In this document: positions 1-13,184 of the stretch, in pieces
Layout: every line of letters begins with the position of its first letter
How positions within the stretch are numbered: position 1 is the first letter of the stretch
Assembly (NCBI RefSeq): GCF_041956535.1
Contig: NW_027192191.1
Span: 1,375,443 to 1,439,442, forward strand
DNA length: 64,000 bases
Direction: 5' to 3'
Source of the DNA: Calcarisporiella thermophila CBS 279.70
Lineage: Eukaryota; Fungi; Calcarisporiellomycota
Notes under the pieces: model-generated
Databases searched by the model: none
What the model saw: only the letters and a program-made list of their open reading frames with translations
Told to the model about the DNA's origin: nothing
Position numbers and translations under genes: made by a program

Positions 1-3000
1 ATTGCAAGTATCCCCCAAAACCTGCCGAACGGATCATGTGCTCTATAGGTAAAATCTGAAGTAGCACGCGGTCGTGCGCTTTCTCTCTTGCACTCACAGT
101 CCCCATGGTCGCTACGTCATATGAAATGAGCAACTTGGTGAAGCAGTGGCAAAGATCAGCAATAGAGGAGCGGTGGCTAAAGGGGTTAAGAAGATAGACA
201 ACGAAATGGATATTTTCTGAAGGAAGTGAGGCGATAAGAGAGCCTGGCGTAAATGTAGAATAAGTAAAAGCAAATTCAAGACTTAAAAAAAATTTATTAC
301 CGAGATTCTGGCATACTGCCATATAACTCTTCATTTGTTGCTCTCTACTTGACTCTTCACCAGATGCAGCTAAATTATTTTGAAAAAATTTAATTAGAAT
401 GGGAATGGTTTTTTTTTTTTCACATAATAATCAATCCATACGTAGCAATGGCACAGGGACGAATCCCTTATAATCTCCGACACATCCCGGCTGATGCAAT
501 CCGAGCTGGCAGGTCTTTTAATAAAAAAAAATAAAAGTCCAGATAATTCGATGCATTCTTCAGAGTATCTGAGCTCACCTCATAAATCACGCTCAATTCC
601 CTGAAGAACATGCGAGTGTGGTCGGTGATCGCCTCTGTATCTGGGTGAAGCACAAACCAATGAACATTCTTCCGCGGACCGTAGGGCTCTAATCTCAATT
701 TCTCCCAGAATGGTAGTGATGCAGGGGAGGCTTCGAGCCACTCATCATTATGTCCCAACAAGATATCCGGTAGTGGTAGCGCATCTAGGTTGGGCTCCGC
801 AGGTCTTCGTTTCTTGACTTGATATTTTCCATACTTTGATTGTGTCTGATTCGTTTCTAGAGGGAGATTTTAAGTTAAAATCAATCAGCTCTTCAGGTAA
901 AGTATTAAATCTCCTGAACAGTTACCAGAGAGATCATAGTATTGCTGAACTGTCAAGGGTCCTTTCACTACGGTTGAACTTGATGAAGGTGGTTGTAAGG
1001 CAAGTGGTATATGTGTTGCAGCCATGGAAGGGTTACTATGTGTGTCGGAGTTCTCCCATGGCACTCGCTCGAAAGCGGAAGTGAGAATCGACTTGAACTC
1101 AGAGATAATATGACGAAATTCGTCACCGATAACGGGGGTCGATATGAGGGCTAAAATTAAGTAACAATAAGCTCTAATCAAATCAAAGCATACAAAGGGG
1201 ACAAATTCGCTTACATTCGTATATCCTTTGCAGCAGCTTTTGTCGCCTTGCCACCAAAAACTGAGTGTGTTCTCCCTCCAGCATCTCTCCGCCGTTCTCG
1301 GTAACTTCCGCTAATCCCCCACAAAATGGGTATCCTCCAACAACGGCCTGTCGACACACCAACTGTACTGTCTTCATGTATTCATCTCTAGGCAATGTAT
1401 CCAGTATAGAATTTCCGGCCTTATTGTCTTCCTTCACATCAATCTCCTTCCAATGCGGAGCAATTATGGGAGCAAAGAGCAAATCTTGCACGAAGGTATC
1501 TCTGCCAGTGGAATTTTTGTTACACAAAACCCTGAGACTCTCCTTGTCGCTGAAAAGAGTCCCAGCTGGTCGATAAGCAAGCGTTTCACTCCTATACAGG
1601 AGTGTCCATCTTGCACTATCTAGAACATCCTCTTCCATGACATTCTCACCCTCGCTCTCTCCGCTCTCACTTTCCAAGTCACTGGCATCTTCATCGCTGC
1701 TGATATCATTTTCCTTGTTCGAGACGAAATGGTTCAACAGCTTGGAGGCCGCACCATTTTTTCTCTGTGAAATCGCATAAGATATTGGTTTCTGTAATCG
1801 TTTAAGGCGATTGTGTGGACAGTAATCGGGCTTGTAGCTTTTACGAAGTGGGCGCTTATTTCGGATGGAGCGGGGCAATCTCACGACAAATTTGCCACCC
1901 ACTTGGTATTTCGAATCGTTGACGCCCTCTAATACTTGCAAAGGTGCAAATTCAGGAGGGATTAGGCTTGCGCGGCATTCGGCATCAGTCGTATTAATTG
2001 GAATGACATGCGGTTCCGAGGGATGTAATGATACAGAGGCGACCTTGGGTGATGCAGAGGTAGCCATCGTTGACGGGGCGGTTGAAGCGGTAGATGTTGT
2101 ATTTCTGGTTGTGTTGGTTGTAGTTACTGCTGAAGCTGAGGGCGGTAATGGAGCCGTCGTGGTGATTGATGATGCGATAGAGGGTTGAGTAGGTTCTACG
2201 TCCATACCGTCAACAAGATCGATGAAATCCGTAGAAACTGGCTCCTGTTCTTCGAGAACAAGGGACACATCGGCAGTCGAGCCGGTAGTTCCGAGGAAAG
2301 CCTGAAGATTCACATCTCCTAGAACTAACCCGTCAGCTTGCTGACTTCCTAAATTATCTGTAGTTGGAATGCTTGGCAATGACTCTTCAACAGTAGTCCC
2401 AAGAAGGCTTGAATCCATAGATTCCAGACCGGCTACACCCTTGGGTGCCTATAAAAATGAGTTCGGAATCTTAGTATGGAGAGTACAAGTTGTAATAAAA
2501 TTGACTTACTTCGTCAAAAAAGCTAAAATCATCCTCGGTAACCTCCATCCCTTCATCCAAATCTCCAAAATCGTGCGACATCATCATAACAGAGTTAATG
2601 CTATGATCCATGGACAATTCCATCGAGTCAAGAGGGGCATTGGCCGAGATAATATCGGGTGGAGAAGGATAAATAGGACCACTGGCATTGGGGGCGTCAG
2701 AACCGTTATTATTCTTGTTTCCGAGATTGATATCCTGGGAAGGATCAAAGTTTTGTGCCGGGATCGCAGCTTTTGAACCACTTCCACCCGAGTTGTACGT
2801 TAATGAGGCAAGATTTGGAGTTTGAGGAGTGGTGTTTGCCACATTGACTAAAGAAGATGGGTCGGCCTTTGTCTCCAAAACACTTATCCCGGTGGAATTA
2901 CCAGGCATCGGAGACGTGGAGATCTCTTCAGAGGTCGGTGTGGGCTTGTCAGAGGTTGAATGATGTAGTACTGGAGACGAAACTCCACTCCTAGGTTTAA

Positions 3001-4658
3001 TACTTCGCTTTCGCGTCGGCTTTTCCAAAGCCCGGACGGACTTATCAGTTGTGACTGCCTTCTCACAATGGGCCAACACGGACATGGCGATTTCTACTTC
3101 CGGATTTCGATATGACCAAAAGTCAATACAAGGACGCTTAGCCGCGCTCTCGCTTAATCGCAAGCTTGGAGACACATTTGAATTTAAACTTGGATCCTCA
3201 AGTTCTGGGCGTTTTGCACCATCCATTTGGCGCTTGTGCTTTAAACTTTCCCTCCATGCCAATCTATTCAGTTTATCTACAGGGTCTCCAATCGAGTCGG
3301 AACAATGCAGCGAGGAGATACTGCTATCATCTGATGGAACAAAAATCAGTCCCGTCGGATATCGAAGGCGCTTGCCTCCTGAAGTGACAACCGTGACTAA
3401 TGGAGGTAACGAGGAAAGGCGAGAGTCAATGCTATTTGAGTGAGCAAGTGAAGGTACGGGGATGCCAAACAGCGTAGACCATTCTTTGAGCACTTCAAGG
3501 CGATCTTCCACCAAGGTTGATTGTGAAGAGCATTCCAGAGTCGCTACTATACCAGCCGGGCTCAGGAGAACTGGAATAATCACCGAAGATAACTGAGGAT
3601 CAATTCCCTTTGGAAGAAAAAGGATTTATTGCGATGCATACCTTTCTTTTCTTTATCTCCAACTAAATCTTGTGCTTTGAGTGGAGTAATGTGTAGATGG
3701 GTTGCCACCGGTTGGAACACGAGATTTGAGGATGTCAGATATACCTGGTATGAGCAGGCCAGCGTTGTGAAGTGGGAAAAAGGCTGGCGTTGCGATCCTA
3801 TAATATTCCGAACAATATCATTGTCTGTAGATGATTTTGTGTTTGGAAAGAGATAATATTGGCCAAGCTTAATAGCGCCTTTAGAAGAAAATGACCTGCA
3901 ATGTTGGAATTAGAATTAGCGAGCGAATGAATGACAAGTGCATGAGAATAAAGACTAACCGATCAACTAAGTTGCGAATAGCTTCTAAAAAATATGTGTA
4001 TTCGATTGATCGTAAAACGGAAGACGAAGTAGGTGTTTTCGACGCATTTGCAGCAGGAGAAAAAGGGATGGTTGTGGAAAACATGCTCTCCCAGCTGAAG
4101 ATCCCCGATTTAATTTCTACAAAAAAGTGAGAATAATCGTTATTTTTCGCGTTTTGTTACCGATAGAAAAGAATGTATGCCTTCAAGATTGGCTAGTTCC
4201 ACGAATTCTTTCTGTGCTTGATCGTCTACATAAAATAGCCAAAGCTCTATAGCAAGTGAATCATCTGCCTCACTGCCACCGAGACGATCGGAATGATTTT
4301 TCTGCTGAAACCGCCAATATGCTGGGATCCCTTCATCCAGTGCATGTGTATACGCATCAAGAACTGGACTCGTAGCCTGGTTAGATGTATAGCGAGAAAC
4401 GAACGCTTGCAGCTGTGTAGACGAGCATTGATGCCGGTAGCAGCGATATTTTATTTGTGTAATCCCAGACTAATTATTAAGAAAAAGAGAGAGAGAGAGA
4501 GAGTTAAGGGATAAAAAGAGGTGAATGACGAGGAGCCACTTTTCAAATGATCGGCCTTAAGAGTGAAAGTTGAGAAAAAGCATGAACATCTGTGATTAAA
4601 AGGATACAATAACGAGTATATTCGTAAGGCTTGAATCGGTGATGGTGTTTCTTGCCAT
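1..4658 (-). CDS. MED13: Mediator kinase-module subunit 13, multi-exon, 3' end runs off the window
   Basis: Spliced N-terminus MARNTITDSSLTNILVI|SGITQIKYRCY; Med13-like blocks YFLEAIRNL, PVLLSPAGI, RYP..LIFV, VTEDDFSFFD, GPLTVQQY, LPFWEKLRLEPYGPRKNV, VVYLLNPF across ORFs 468-761, 885-1181, 1183-2418, 2471-3583; GT-AG introns join them. Confidence 0.88.
4470..4607 (-). other. U12-type (minor spliceosome) GT-AG intron 1 of MED13
   Basis: 5' splice site GTATCCTTTT; branch-like TCCCTTAAC (4511-4503) and TTTTCTTAAT close to the 3' AG; removal joins exons in frame (phase 0). Confidence 0.8.
4486..4503. repeat. (GA)n/(CT)n microsatellite inside the MED13 U12 intron
   Basis: agagagagagagagagag. Confidence 0.8.
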
Positions 4659-5260
4659 GATCTATGTGAAATCAAGAGAGAGTAGCGGGCTGTCAGTGTG
4701 AGTGAAATTCATTAAAAAGCTTGAAGATCCAAGATTGATTTCATTGATCCTCACCTATAATGTTTGTTCCAATCCTCCAGGAGTGAATCAAAATTAACAA
4801 GAAAGTGGAGAGTTGGAACAGAACAGATGGCAAGAGATGTAGCGCCAGTTGTTGCAGTTTAGGTAGAACAAAAAGAAGAGAGAGGATGATAATGTTTTGA
4901 TTAATAGAAATATGAAGAAATAAAGTCCGTTCCTCTAACTCGCCAAAACGAGACAGCTCCCCTACCCCCACGCGCAGTGATAATGAAAATCCAAATTCTC
5001 TATTTGAAATTTTCCTATTCCTTAATATTTACTCGACTGTAGAGCTAGAACCCGCTGCGTATATTATCCTTAAAAAAGGAAAACCTACCTGTAAGTAGAC
5101 GCTGAGAGTTTATACTAGAGTGTGTTCCTTGTTACAAACTCATGATTTTTTTTTCATATCTTTGCATCCAATATTCGTCTACTTGGCATTTTGATTTAGT
5201 GAAGTAACCCGGGAATAAAGAAACGATATTTTAGTTCACGTTTGCGAATTAAATCCAATA

Positions 5261-7072
5261 ATGTCACTCAATGACAAGGATATCAATGACGGCACTATGC
5301 ACACGGATGCATCCACATTAAACTGGCATGTTTCCTCAGAAGCAACCGAAAATTCTCACCATGCAGACTGGCCTGGACGCTGGAATCATATCAATAAGTT
5401 ACTAGAACGGAGCAGCTCCTTTTGTAGTCCAGATCAATTCATGCCTGGCGAAGAAGTAAATAATACTCTCTTGTAATCATTGAGGATGTAGCAATGAAAC
5501 TAAATCAATACGCGTATTACTAGACCAAGAATTTTCTTAGCCAGATCAAGTTGCTGGTAATTGGTGCCGGTGGTCTAGGATGCGAAATCCTTAAAAACTT
5601 GGCACTCTCGGGATTCCGGGATATACATGTTATCGATATGGACGTGATCGATGTTTCGAATTTGAACAGACAATTTCTCTTTAGGTAATTACTGCATATT
5701 TATTCCTATTTGATACTTTATTTAGTCTCTATTTTTCTTTAGAGCTTCGGATGTCGGAAGACCGAAAGCGACGGTAGCTGCAGAATTTATCATGAAGCGC
5801 GTACCTGGAGTCAAAGTGACGCCGTAAGCAGTCTATCTTTGCTGAACCTATTAGCGGGGCAAAATAATGATCAATCAATAGATATTATGGAAAGATTCAG
5901 GATAAAGACGAAAGCTATTACTCACAGTTTGGCCTCGTTATCAGTGGACTTGATTCGATTGAAGCACGGCGGTGGATCAATGCTACACTAGTACAAATGG
6001 CCCAAGATGATGACGTGAAACCATTGATCGACGGTGGGACTGAGGGTAAGTACACTTTAAGCTCATTTCTGGCGCCCTGAGTCAAGTCGCTTCACGGCTT
6101 GACATTTAGGTTTCAAGGGGCAAGCTCGTGTGATAATACCTACCATTACTTCGTGCTTCGAATGCTCCCTCGACATGTTTAACAAACCCACGACATTCCC
6201 CATTTGTACCATTGCCAACACTCCCCGTCTTCCAGAGCATTGTATTGAATGGGCATCGGTCTTAGAGTGGCCTCGCATCTTTCCGGGTAAGCAAACCGCT
6301 GCTGTTTAAAGGGATCACAAATCGAAACCAATATCACAAACACTCCTTTGTATTTAGACAAGAAGCTTGACACTGACGATCCTCAGCATATTCAGTGGCT
6401 GTTTGAGACCGCTTCGGACAGAGCCAGGCAGTTCAACATCACTGGTGTTACTTACTCGCTAACACAGGGAGTTGTGAAAAACATTGTCCCAGCATTTGCC
6501 TCGACTAATGCAATAATTGCCGGTGTGTATTCATAGAAACTTGCTATCTCTCTGTTTCTTCTGAGCTTATGGTGTCCCGTGATCTTTAATAGCCGCATGC
6601 ACAAACGAAGCACTCAAGGTCGCAACTAATTGTGCCAAATATCTCAACAATTACATGATGTATACCGGCACGGATGGCGTCTACACCTACACTTTTGAAC
6701 ACCAACCTAAACCTGACTGCCCCGTTTGTGGCACGGTCTCAGCCAAGATCGAGGTCGACCCTGAGCAAACCCTGCAGGAGTTTATCAGCTGGCTTACGGA
6801 GAAACCTGACACGTAAATATTGAATTGCTCTAGGTTATTTGGGTGGATACAAGAAGGATCCTAATGCTTACTTTCTCGACAATAGTCAATTAAAAAAGCC
6901 AAGCCTCTCGACTGGCTCTAAACAGTTGTATATGCAGGCCCCACCCCCACTTGAGCAGGCGACACGACACAATCTTCTATTGAAGATGAAAGAGCTTGTG
7001 GAGCCAGGCGATGAGATTGTTATCACCGACCCAACCCTTCCTATCAGTATGCAACTCAAGGTTGTCATGTAG
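5261..7072 (+). CDS. UBA3: NEDD8-activating enzyme E1 catalytic subunit
   Basis: [45 protein letters not shown], catalytic [20 protein letters not shown]-terminal [13 protein letters not shown]; multi-exon. Confidence 0.95.
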
Positions 7073-7315
7073 AGTCCATCGAATGCTCTGCATATAATTT
7101 TTTTTTTCATTCAATTTGGTGTGGAGGATATGAGCAGATTTTGTACATAGACCGCTATCTTTTTCTCGATTTACTTTATCCCAAAACCTTAAATGTCAAG
7201 TTGATACTAATTGATGGTTATGGATGCAATTTCAAGTGACGCAACGAATTCTATTTTATATTAATTTTTGGAATTTTCACCGAGACCACTAATTTATTCG
7301 CTTCAATTAATCGAA

Positions 7316-7350
7316 GATATCGCGGTATTGACGAATATTAAACGCGATAA
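7316..7350. promoter_or_regulatory. Pair of CGCG (MCB/SCB-like) boxes upstream of dUTPase
   Basis: TATCGCG and ACGCGATA in opposite orientation 40-70 nt before the ATG. Confidence 0.4.
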
Positions 7351-7386
7351 TCTATTTGTGTCTTAATCTCCTGAGAAGGGAATAAG

Positions 7387-7997
7387 ATGGTTGTTGGTGA
7401 ACCACCTGATCCCGCTGAAAATTACGAATCCATTGTTAAGAAACGTAAAATAGAAAACCCCGAAGAGTCGATTCATACATCTTCCGATATCGAGATGGCC
7501 GCTAATGTAAGATTTCTCGTTAAGCGTCTCAGCGACAAAGCTCGTATTCCTACACGTGGCTCTTCTCTTTCTGCGGGTTATGACCTATATAGCGCCAAAG
7601 ACATTGTAATTCCTGCAAGAAATAGAGCCCTCATTCCCACCGATCTCTCGGTTGCCCTACCTCCCAACACCTATGGTCGTGTCGCCCCTCGAAGCGGCAT
7701 GGCTTTAAAAAATTTTTTGGACACAGGGGCAGGTGTGGTGGATGCCGACTATAGAGGTCCTCTAGGAATTGTGATGTTTAATCATGCTGAGGAGGACTTT
7801 CAAGGTTTGCCAGCTTGCTCATTTTAGGAGATGAATCTGTGACTGAGTTTTTTTTCTTGTATGGTATAGTGAAGGAAGGCGATCGCATTGCACAGCTTAT
7901 AATTGAGCGTATATTCACTCCGGAAGTAGAGGAGGTTGAAGATCTGGAGCAAACGATTCGTGGTGCTGGCGGGTTTGGCAGTACCGGGAGAAATTAA
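7387..7997 (+). CDS. DUT1: dUTP pyrophosphatase (one intron, ~7805-7869)
   Basis: [42 protein letters not shown] motifs. Confidence 0.97.
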
Positions 7998-8201
7998 CAG
8001 TTAAATAGGCATGTATTTATACTTGTTTATATCAAATCAATCGATAGGAATAAATTCCTTCGTAATACTATTTTGTTTCGAGCTATTCAACGAACTCCAA
8101 GCTACTATGACAGTGATTGTATTGTTGAGAAAATGATAAATACAGCTAAATTACAGAGAGAAGGCTACTAGAAGTGCAACTAGGTCATGGTGTTCGCTAG
8201 A

Positions 8202-9483
8202 TCACTCCCAGTCACCAAAGAGTGGTGCTGTGGGTTTCTCCTGCATACTAAGCTGCTTGAATATAGCATGCTCCGGGCCAAGATGTTCGACCACTATCTC
8301 GTCTTCCTTTTCCATCTCATCGAGCTCTGTGCCTACATAGTGCTTCACATTACTCCGCGCCCCAATCAGTAAAATCTCACAGCCGTCATATTCGAGATAG
8401 GATGTGTCCTCTAGAGGAATGAATCTGCGTCCCTTGAAACGCTCGAGCAGGTCCTCCGGAAACTCTGCTTTCTGGCCCGATGAAAGACCTAGGTTTGGCG
8501 GTGCAGGGCCTTCGGGGTTCTTGATGCTAATGACAAAGCTTCCTACTTTTTCAATGTTAAGCTCCTCCTGAACCTCCCCGGGACTATGCGGAATCGTCAG
8601 TTCATAAGCCAGGTGGCGTGGTATAATGGAGTATACTCCATATCCACAAGGACGGCATGGCTCTAGGGTCCGGTGCCCGCGTGTCTGCGTATCGTATTCC
8701 TCTTTGCCCAGCAAATCATTTAGCTCCTTGAGGTCATGGGTTGCCTTGCGAACAAATCCAAAATAGCGCCCATGTGCTTCCACTTCAGGAAGCCTCTTTT
8801 TCCCAATCACAATGAGGCGATACTTTGCAACGGAGACTTTATCGTTGACACCGGTTTCCGCAGTGTATTCCTTATCGTCACGCTTGAGATATGTCGGCTT
8901 GAGAACAAAGTAGAAGCGCTGAATATCATCTGCATCACTCACTTCCGATTTTTTGACCTAGATGCACAATAAAGGATGAGTCTAGTGGAATGAATCTACA
9001 TGATCGAAGTGAAGAACTAGGTACCTTTGGTCGGTAGAAATAGTAGATGTGTCCTTTTTCCATAGTAGACTCTAACTCCGTATGGGTCGCGGCCTCAAGC
9101 TTCATTCCTGTGGATGCTTTGCTGCCTTTGCTCTCACGCTTCGTCTCGGCTTGATTTTCTTCCTTTACTTTCGAATCTCTGCCTCCCGCTGACTTTATAT
9201 CTTTTCCTTCTTTTTTCGTGGCCTCGGTTTTTCTCGCCTTTTTTTCTGGCCCCTCTTGCTCTTTCTTTACAGTTTTCTTTTTATCCTCCTCAAGTCTCTC
9301 GCCTTCCGCTTCTCCTGGCTTTTCACGCTTTCGTTTCCCACCCTCTTCTGTCTTTTGCGTGCGCTTTTTATCAGGCTCTTTCTGCGCTTCTTCCTGAGGT
9401 GGGTGCTGTTTGGTAACGGAGCGCGTCACAGGGCGGTGCGGAATATCTGTAGATATTCCTCGCGTTTCATGTTTGGTAGGCAT
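8202..9483 (-). CDS. Conserved uncharacterised protein (charged N-terminus; EKGHIYYFYRPKV ... IGKKRLP ... TRG.R ... SFVIS.KNP family)
   Basis: ORFs 8935-9483 and 8202-8942 joined by a phase-0 intron (~8959-9024); motif set resembles a plant/fungal/bacterial unknown-function family. Confidence 0.75.
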
Positions 9484-9667
9484 TCAGTATAATGTTTACT
9501 TCGAAATCATTCAAATTGGAATGGAAGAATAATACAAAAAAAAAGCGGTGGCAAGTAATGACCAAATATATAAAAGGCGTCCGTAGTGTGCAGTCACGGG
9601 TGACTTCGTTCTGACTCTATCTTGCCACTATTCCAATTCCACTCTTTATTCCATTCTATTGAAAGTA

Positions 9668-12472
9668 ATGGATGATAATTACTCGCGCCTCAAATTCTTG
9701 GTGAACAAAATCACAACGACGGGTTTATGGTTACTAGACGAGCAAGATTTAAAAGTATTTCCATGACAATATGTAATCATTTCACAGTGATCCTACAACC
9801 TCTGAAAATTTTGAACTCCTCAGGAAATTAAAAGAATCTGTAAGAAAAACGATGAAAATGTCGGATTGTGTTTTGATCTGATCATGACACAGCTTTCCAA
9901 GAAACATTCACAGGTCAAAATGCTTTCCTCCATTATATAACTCCGATGATGATATATTAAATTAGAGCATTTGTACATCCTATTGTAGATCCGCTACTCC
10001 TGTCTACAATTGATCAATGAACTTTTCATTCGTTCCCATATTTTTCGTCAAAAACTCGCCAATGATTTCCCCACTTTTCTGCAGCTCACCGTTGGCATTC
10101 ATCAGAAGGATCTACCTCCGCCAACGAGTGTGGCAGAGAAGCTTAAACAGCTCTCCCTTGCTTTGGTACATCAATGGTGTACAAAATATGGAGATGCATA
10201 CAAACAGGTAAACTGGAAAAGATTCACGTAGGCTGCCACTTTTTCGATGACATTTTTTGCGAAATAGCTGGATCTCGGAAAAGAGTATCTCCAGCAGAAT
10301 CTGAATTTAGATTTGTCTAATAACATTTTGACAGAGCAAGCGGCACGCGCGAAGGAAGAAGAAGCTCGACAAGTAATTAGAAAATTGAATCTCTTTGGAT
10401 TTCGGAATTTATAGCTGGACTCGCAATTGCTATAATAGGCGCGGATTAAGGCAATTAAGGAACGAAAATTCCAACAGTATTGTGACGAAATCGCGGAAGA
10501 GATGCCATCGTTAGAAGAGACTATCAAAGAGATGGTAAGTTATTCGAGTTTTGTTCGTCGGTACGCCCACAATTAACGCAAATTCCGGTTAATTATTTTT
10601 GTGAATAGAGGTCTTGTTTTGAGATTTTGATACCTATTTTCGAGAGAACAAGCTCGCAGCCAACTCCAGGCCTTTCGACATTTAAGGATGTAATGTAGCG
10701 TTGATTCTCAGGGTATTTCGACCTTCTGACCTAACCCATATACCGCTAGATGGCGGCTTCGTATGGCCTTGGCTCCAGTCGCTATACATTAACCATTACG
10801 ATTTCCAGAGATAAACCTCTGGATTTTATCGATGAGAATCCCGAGAACAAGATTGTCTATGATACGATGAGAGAGTTCTATCGAGTCATGGTGAAGAAGC
10901 AAGAGCCACTTGTGAGCCAGTGGATTAACGCGTTAACGAAGCTAGAAATTGAGGTGAGGTGTTTCATCCCGTACAATCCACGTATTCGGCTATTAGATCC
11001 ATACAGCTCTGGGTGATAGGATACGAAGGCGTTGGAGGAGCAACTAAAGCAACTGATCGATATCCGTACCAAATTTACAGAGATTAAAGAGAAAGCTGAA
11101 ATGCTGGGGGCGAATATTGACACTTCACGACCCGGTGCAGAAGAGCAGGAGGAGAATGAAGATGGTCTAGAACAAGAGTTCTTTGGAAGTGATGAGGAGC
11201 AAGCTGAATTCATGCCCCATTCCGATGGAAATGACCCGCAGGAAGGGCCGTCTAATGCTCGCTCCACACACGAAGAAACTTCTACAAATAAAGCGCGGGA
11301 GGAAAACAGCTCTAGCAAGCAACTTCCTAAGACGCAGCGTATTTTTCAGTTAGCGGACGAGCCGGGGCTTGAAGAAGATGTAACCTATCATCGTAATTTA
11401 CCGCAGGTTCTTATGAGCATGCAAAAACTGGACGAGAGAACAAGCGAGGATGTTGGAAAGGGAAAGCAAGCCGTGAGAGATAATGGTGCTATGGTGGAGG
11501 ATGAAGAAGGGAAGCAGCAAAAACCTACCAAAGAAGAATTGCTGAAGATTGCGCCCGTAGTTCCGGTAATGCTCCCACCTCTTTATTTTGCTTAAAATAT
11601 ATCAGCCTAACCTCTTATTTTTTGGTATCAGTGGGCGGATGATCTCTACTATTGGGACAAAGATGATCTTCAGTTCAATACCACCGGTTTAGGTTTGTCC
11701 GAATTTCTTCATTATGGTCAGAGAAGACGGAGACAAGACCTTTACATTTGCTTTTTAATTGCAGAATTTCATCACCGTTTTCTTGGAGACGGCACTGGTG
11801 AAAAGAATCTTTCAAGAAGCACCATGGAACGACTCAAGATGCGCACCGTCTACTATCAAACACAGCGTCCGCAAATGATTAAAGCGTGTCGTGCTCCATT
11901 AAAAACTGGGAAACTCTGCTCTCGCAGAGACCTGAGGGCGTGTCCGTTCCATGGTCCGATAATTCCTCGAGATGAGTGGGGAAGACCTGTGAAGGTAGAG
12001 AAATCGACGGAGAACCGATCTGAGAAGCAGATCGAGAAAGTAGATGAGGAAGATCTGTTAGAAGTGGAACCGAGGGAAGGGGGGGAGGCGGAGGAAGAGG
12101 AAGAGGAAGAGGAAGAGGATCAAATGGGAGCACCCAAAGCATCTACTATTTCAGAAGGTCAACAACTTTCATGGGAGGAGCTTGAAGACGACGTGATGCG
12201 CCAAGTGGGACAGGAGAAAATTTCGACTACTAAAAAGCGGAAGACTACGAAGCCCTCCTCCTACTTAATTGATATTAAGAAGAAGCCGCAAAATTCTATC
12301 ACACGGCTAGAGAGTCGACTTCGGGATCCGAAAATGAAGCGTCGGGTTGAAGAGGTGGGTGGAGATTGCCCTTGGCTATTCTCTGTACTGATAACTTATA
12401 GCTCTCCTCCTACAGGCCGAGAGATACCATGCAGACATCAAGCGAAGAAATAGAAAGGCCAACGTATGGTAA
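9668..12472 (+). CDS. UVSSA: UV-stimulated scaffold protein A (transcription-coupled NER factor)
   Basis: VHS-like N-terminus HSQIRYSCLQLINELFIRSHIFRQ, LPPP..A..L; DLYYW; HRF; C-terminal Zn motif CRAPLKTGKLCSRRDLRACPFHGPIIPRDEWG; multi-exon. Confidence 0.9.
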
Positions 12473-12702
12473 TATGTAAGATATACTGTAATTACTAGAG
12501 AGGGGAGGGGCACTCGGTCGAATGTCGGTGTCATCCATTTTTCAACCATCGGATAGGATATGATATCCAGAACTAATAATAAAGACTTCGTATATTTACA
12601 CATAATATTGATGTACAAACTGCTAAAGTGGGATTGATGACAAAAACAAACTCGATCGACATGATTTTGATCAAAATTTCGAAAAAAAATTTTCCCGTCC
12701 GC

Positions 12703-13184
12703 TTACATCTCCTGGCTCTCTGCACCCTTCTTCGTCTTGGACTTTTGGGGAAGGAGCGAGGCGTGGATATTGGGGAGCACACCACCCTGTGCGATAGTGA
12801 CATGCCCGAGGAGCTTGTTCAATTCTTCGTCGTTACGGATAGCAAGCTGCAGATGACGGGGGATAATACGTGTTTTCTTGTTATCGCGGGCAGCGTTCCC
12901 GGCCAACTCGAGAATTTCAGCAGCGAGATACTAAAGATGGATGATGATTAGATTTTGGGATTCTATCCGTGATCACGGAGAAATCACGCAATAACTACCT
13001 CCAGAACGGCAGCCATGTACACGGGGGCACCCGCACCTACACGCTGGGCATAATTTCCACGGCGCAGCATACGGTGAATACGGCCGACGGGGAACTGAAG
13101 CCCGGCCTTCGCAGAGCGAGAGGTTGCGGATTTGCCGGAAGAGGCCTTTCCACCGGATTTACCGCCAGATTTACCGCCAGACAT
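12703..13184 (-). CDS. HTA1: Histone H2A (one intron), C-terminal SQEM gamma-H2A motif
   Basis: [49 protein letters not shown]. Confidence 0.98.

Noticed and set aside
170-215. Minus-strand ATATCCATTT ... TTCTTAAC resembling an AT-AC U12 intron
   Set aside because: It is coding sequence for the MED13 block ENIHFVVYLLNPF
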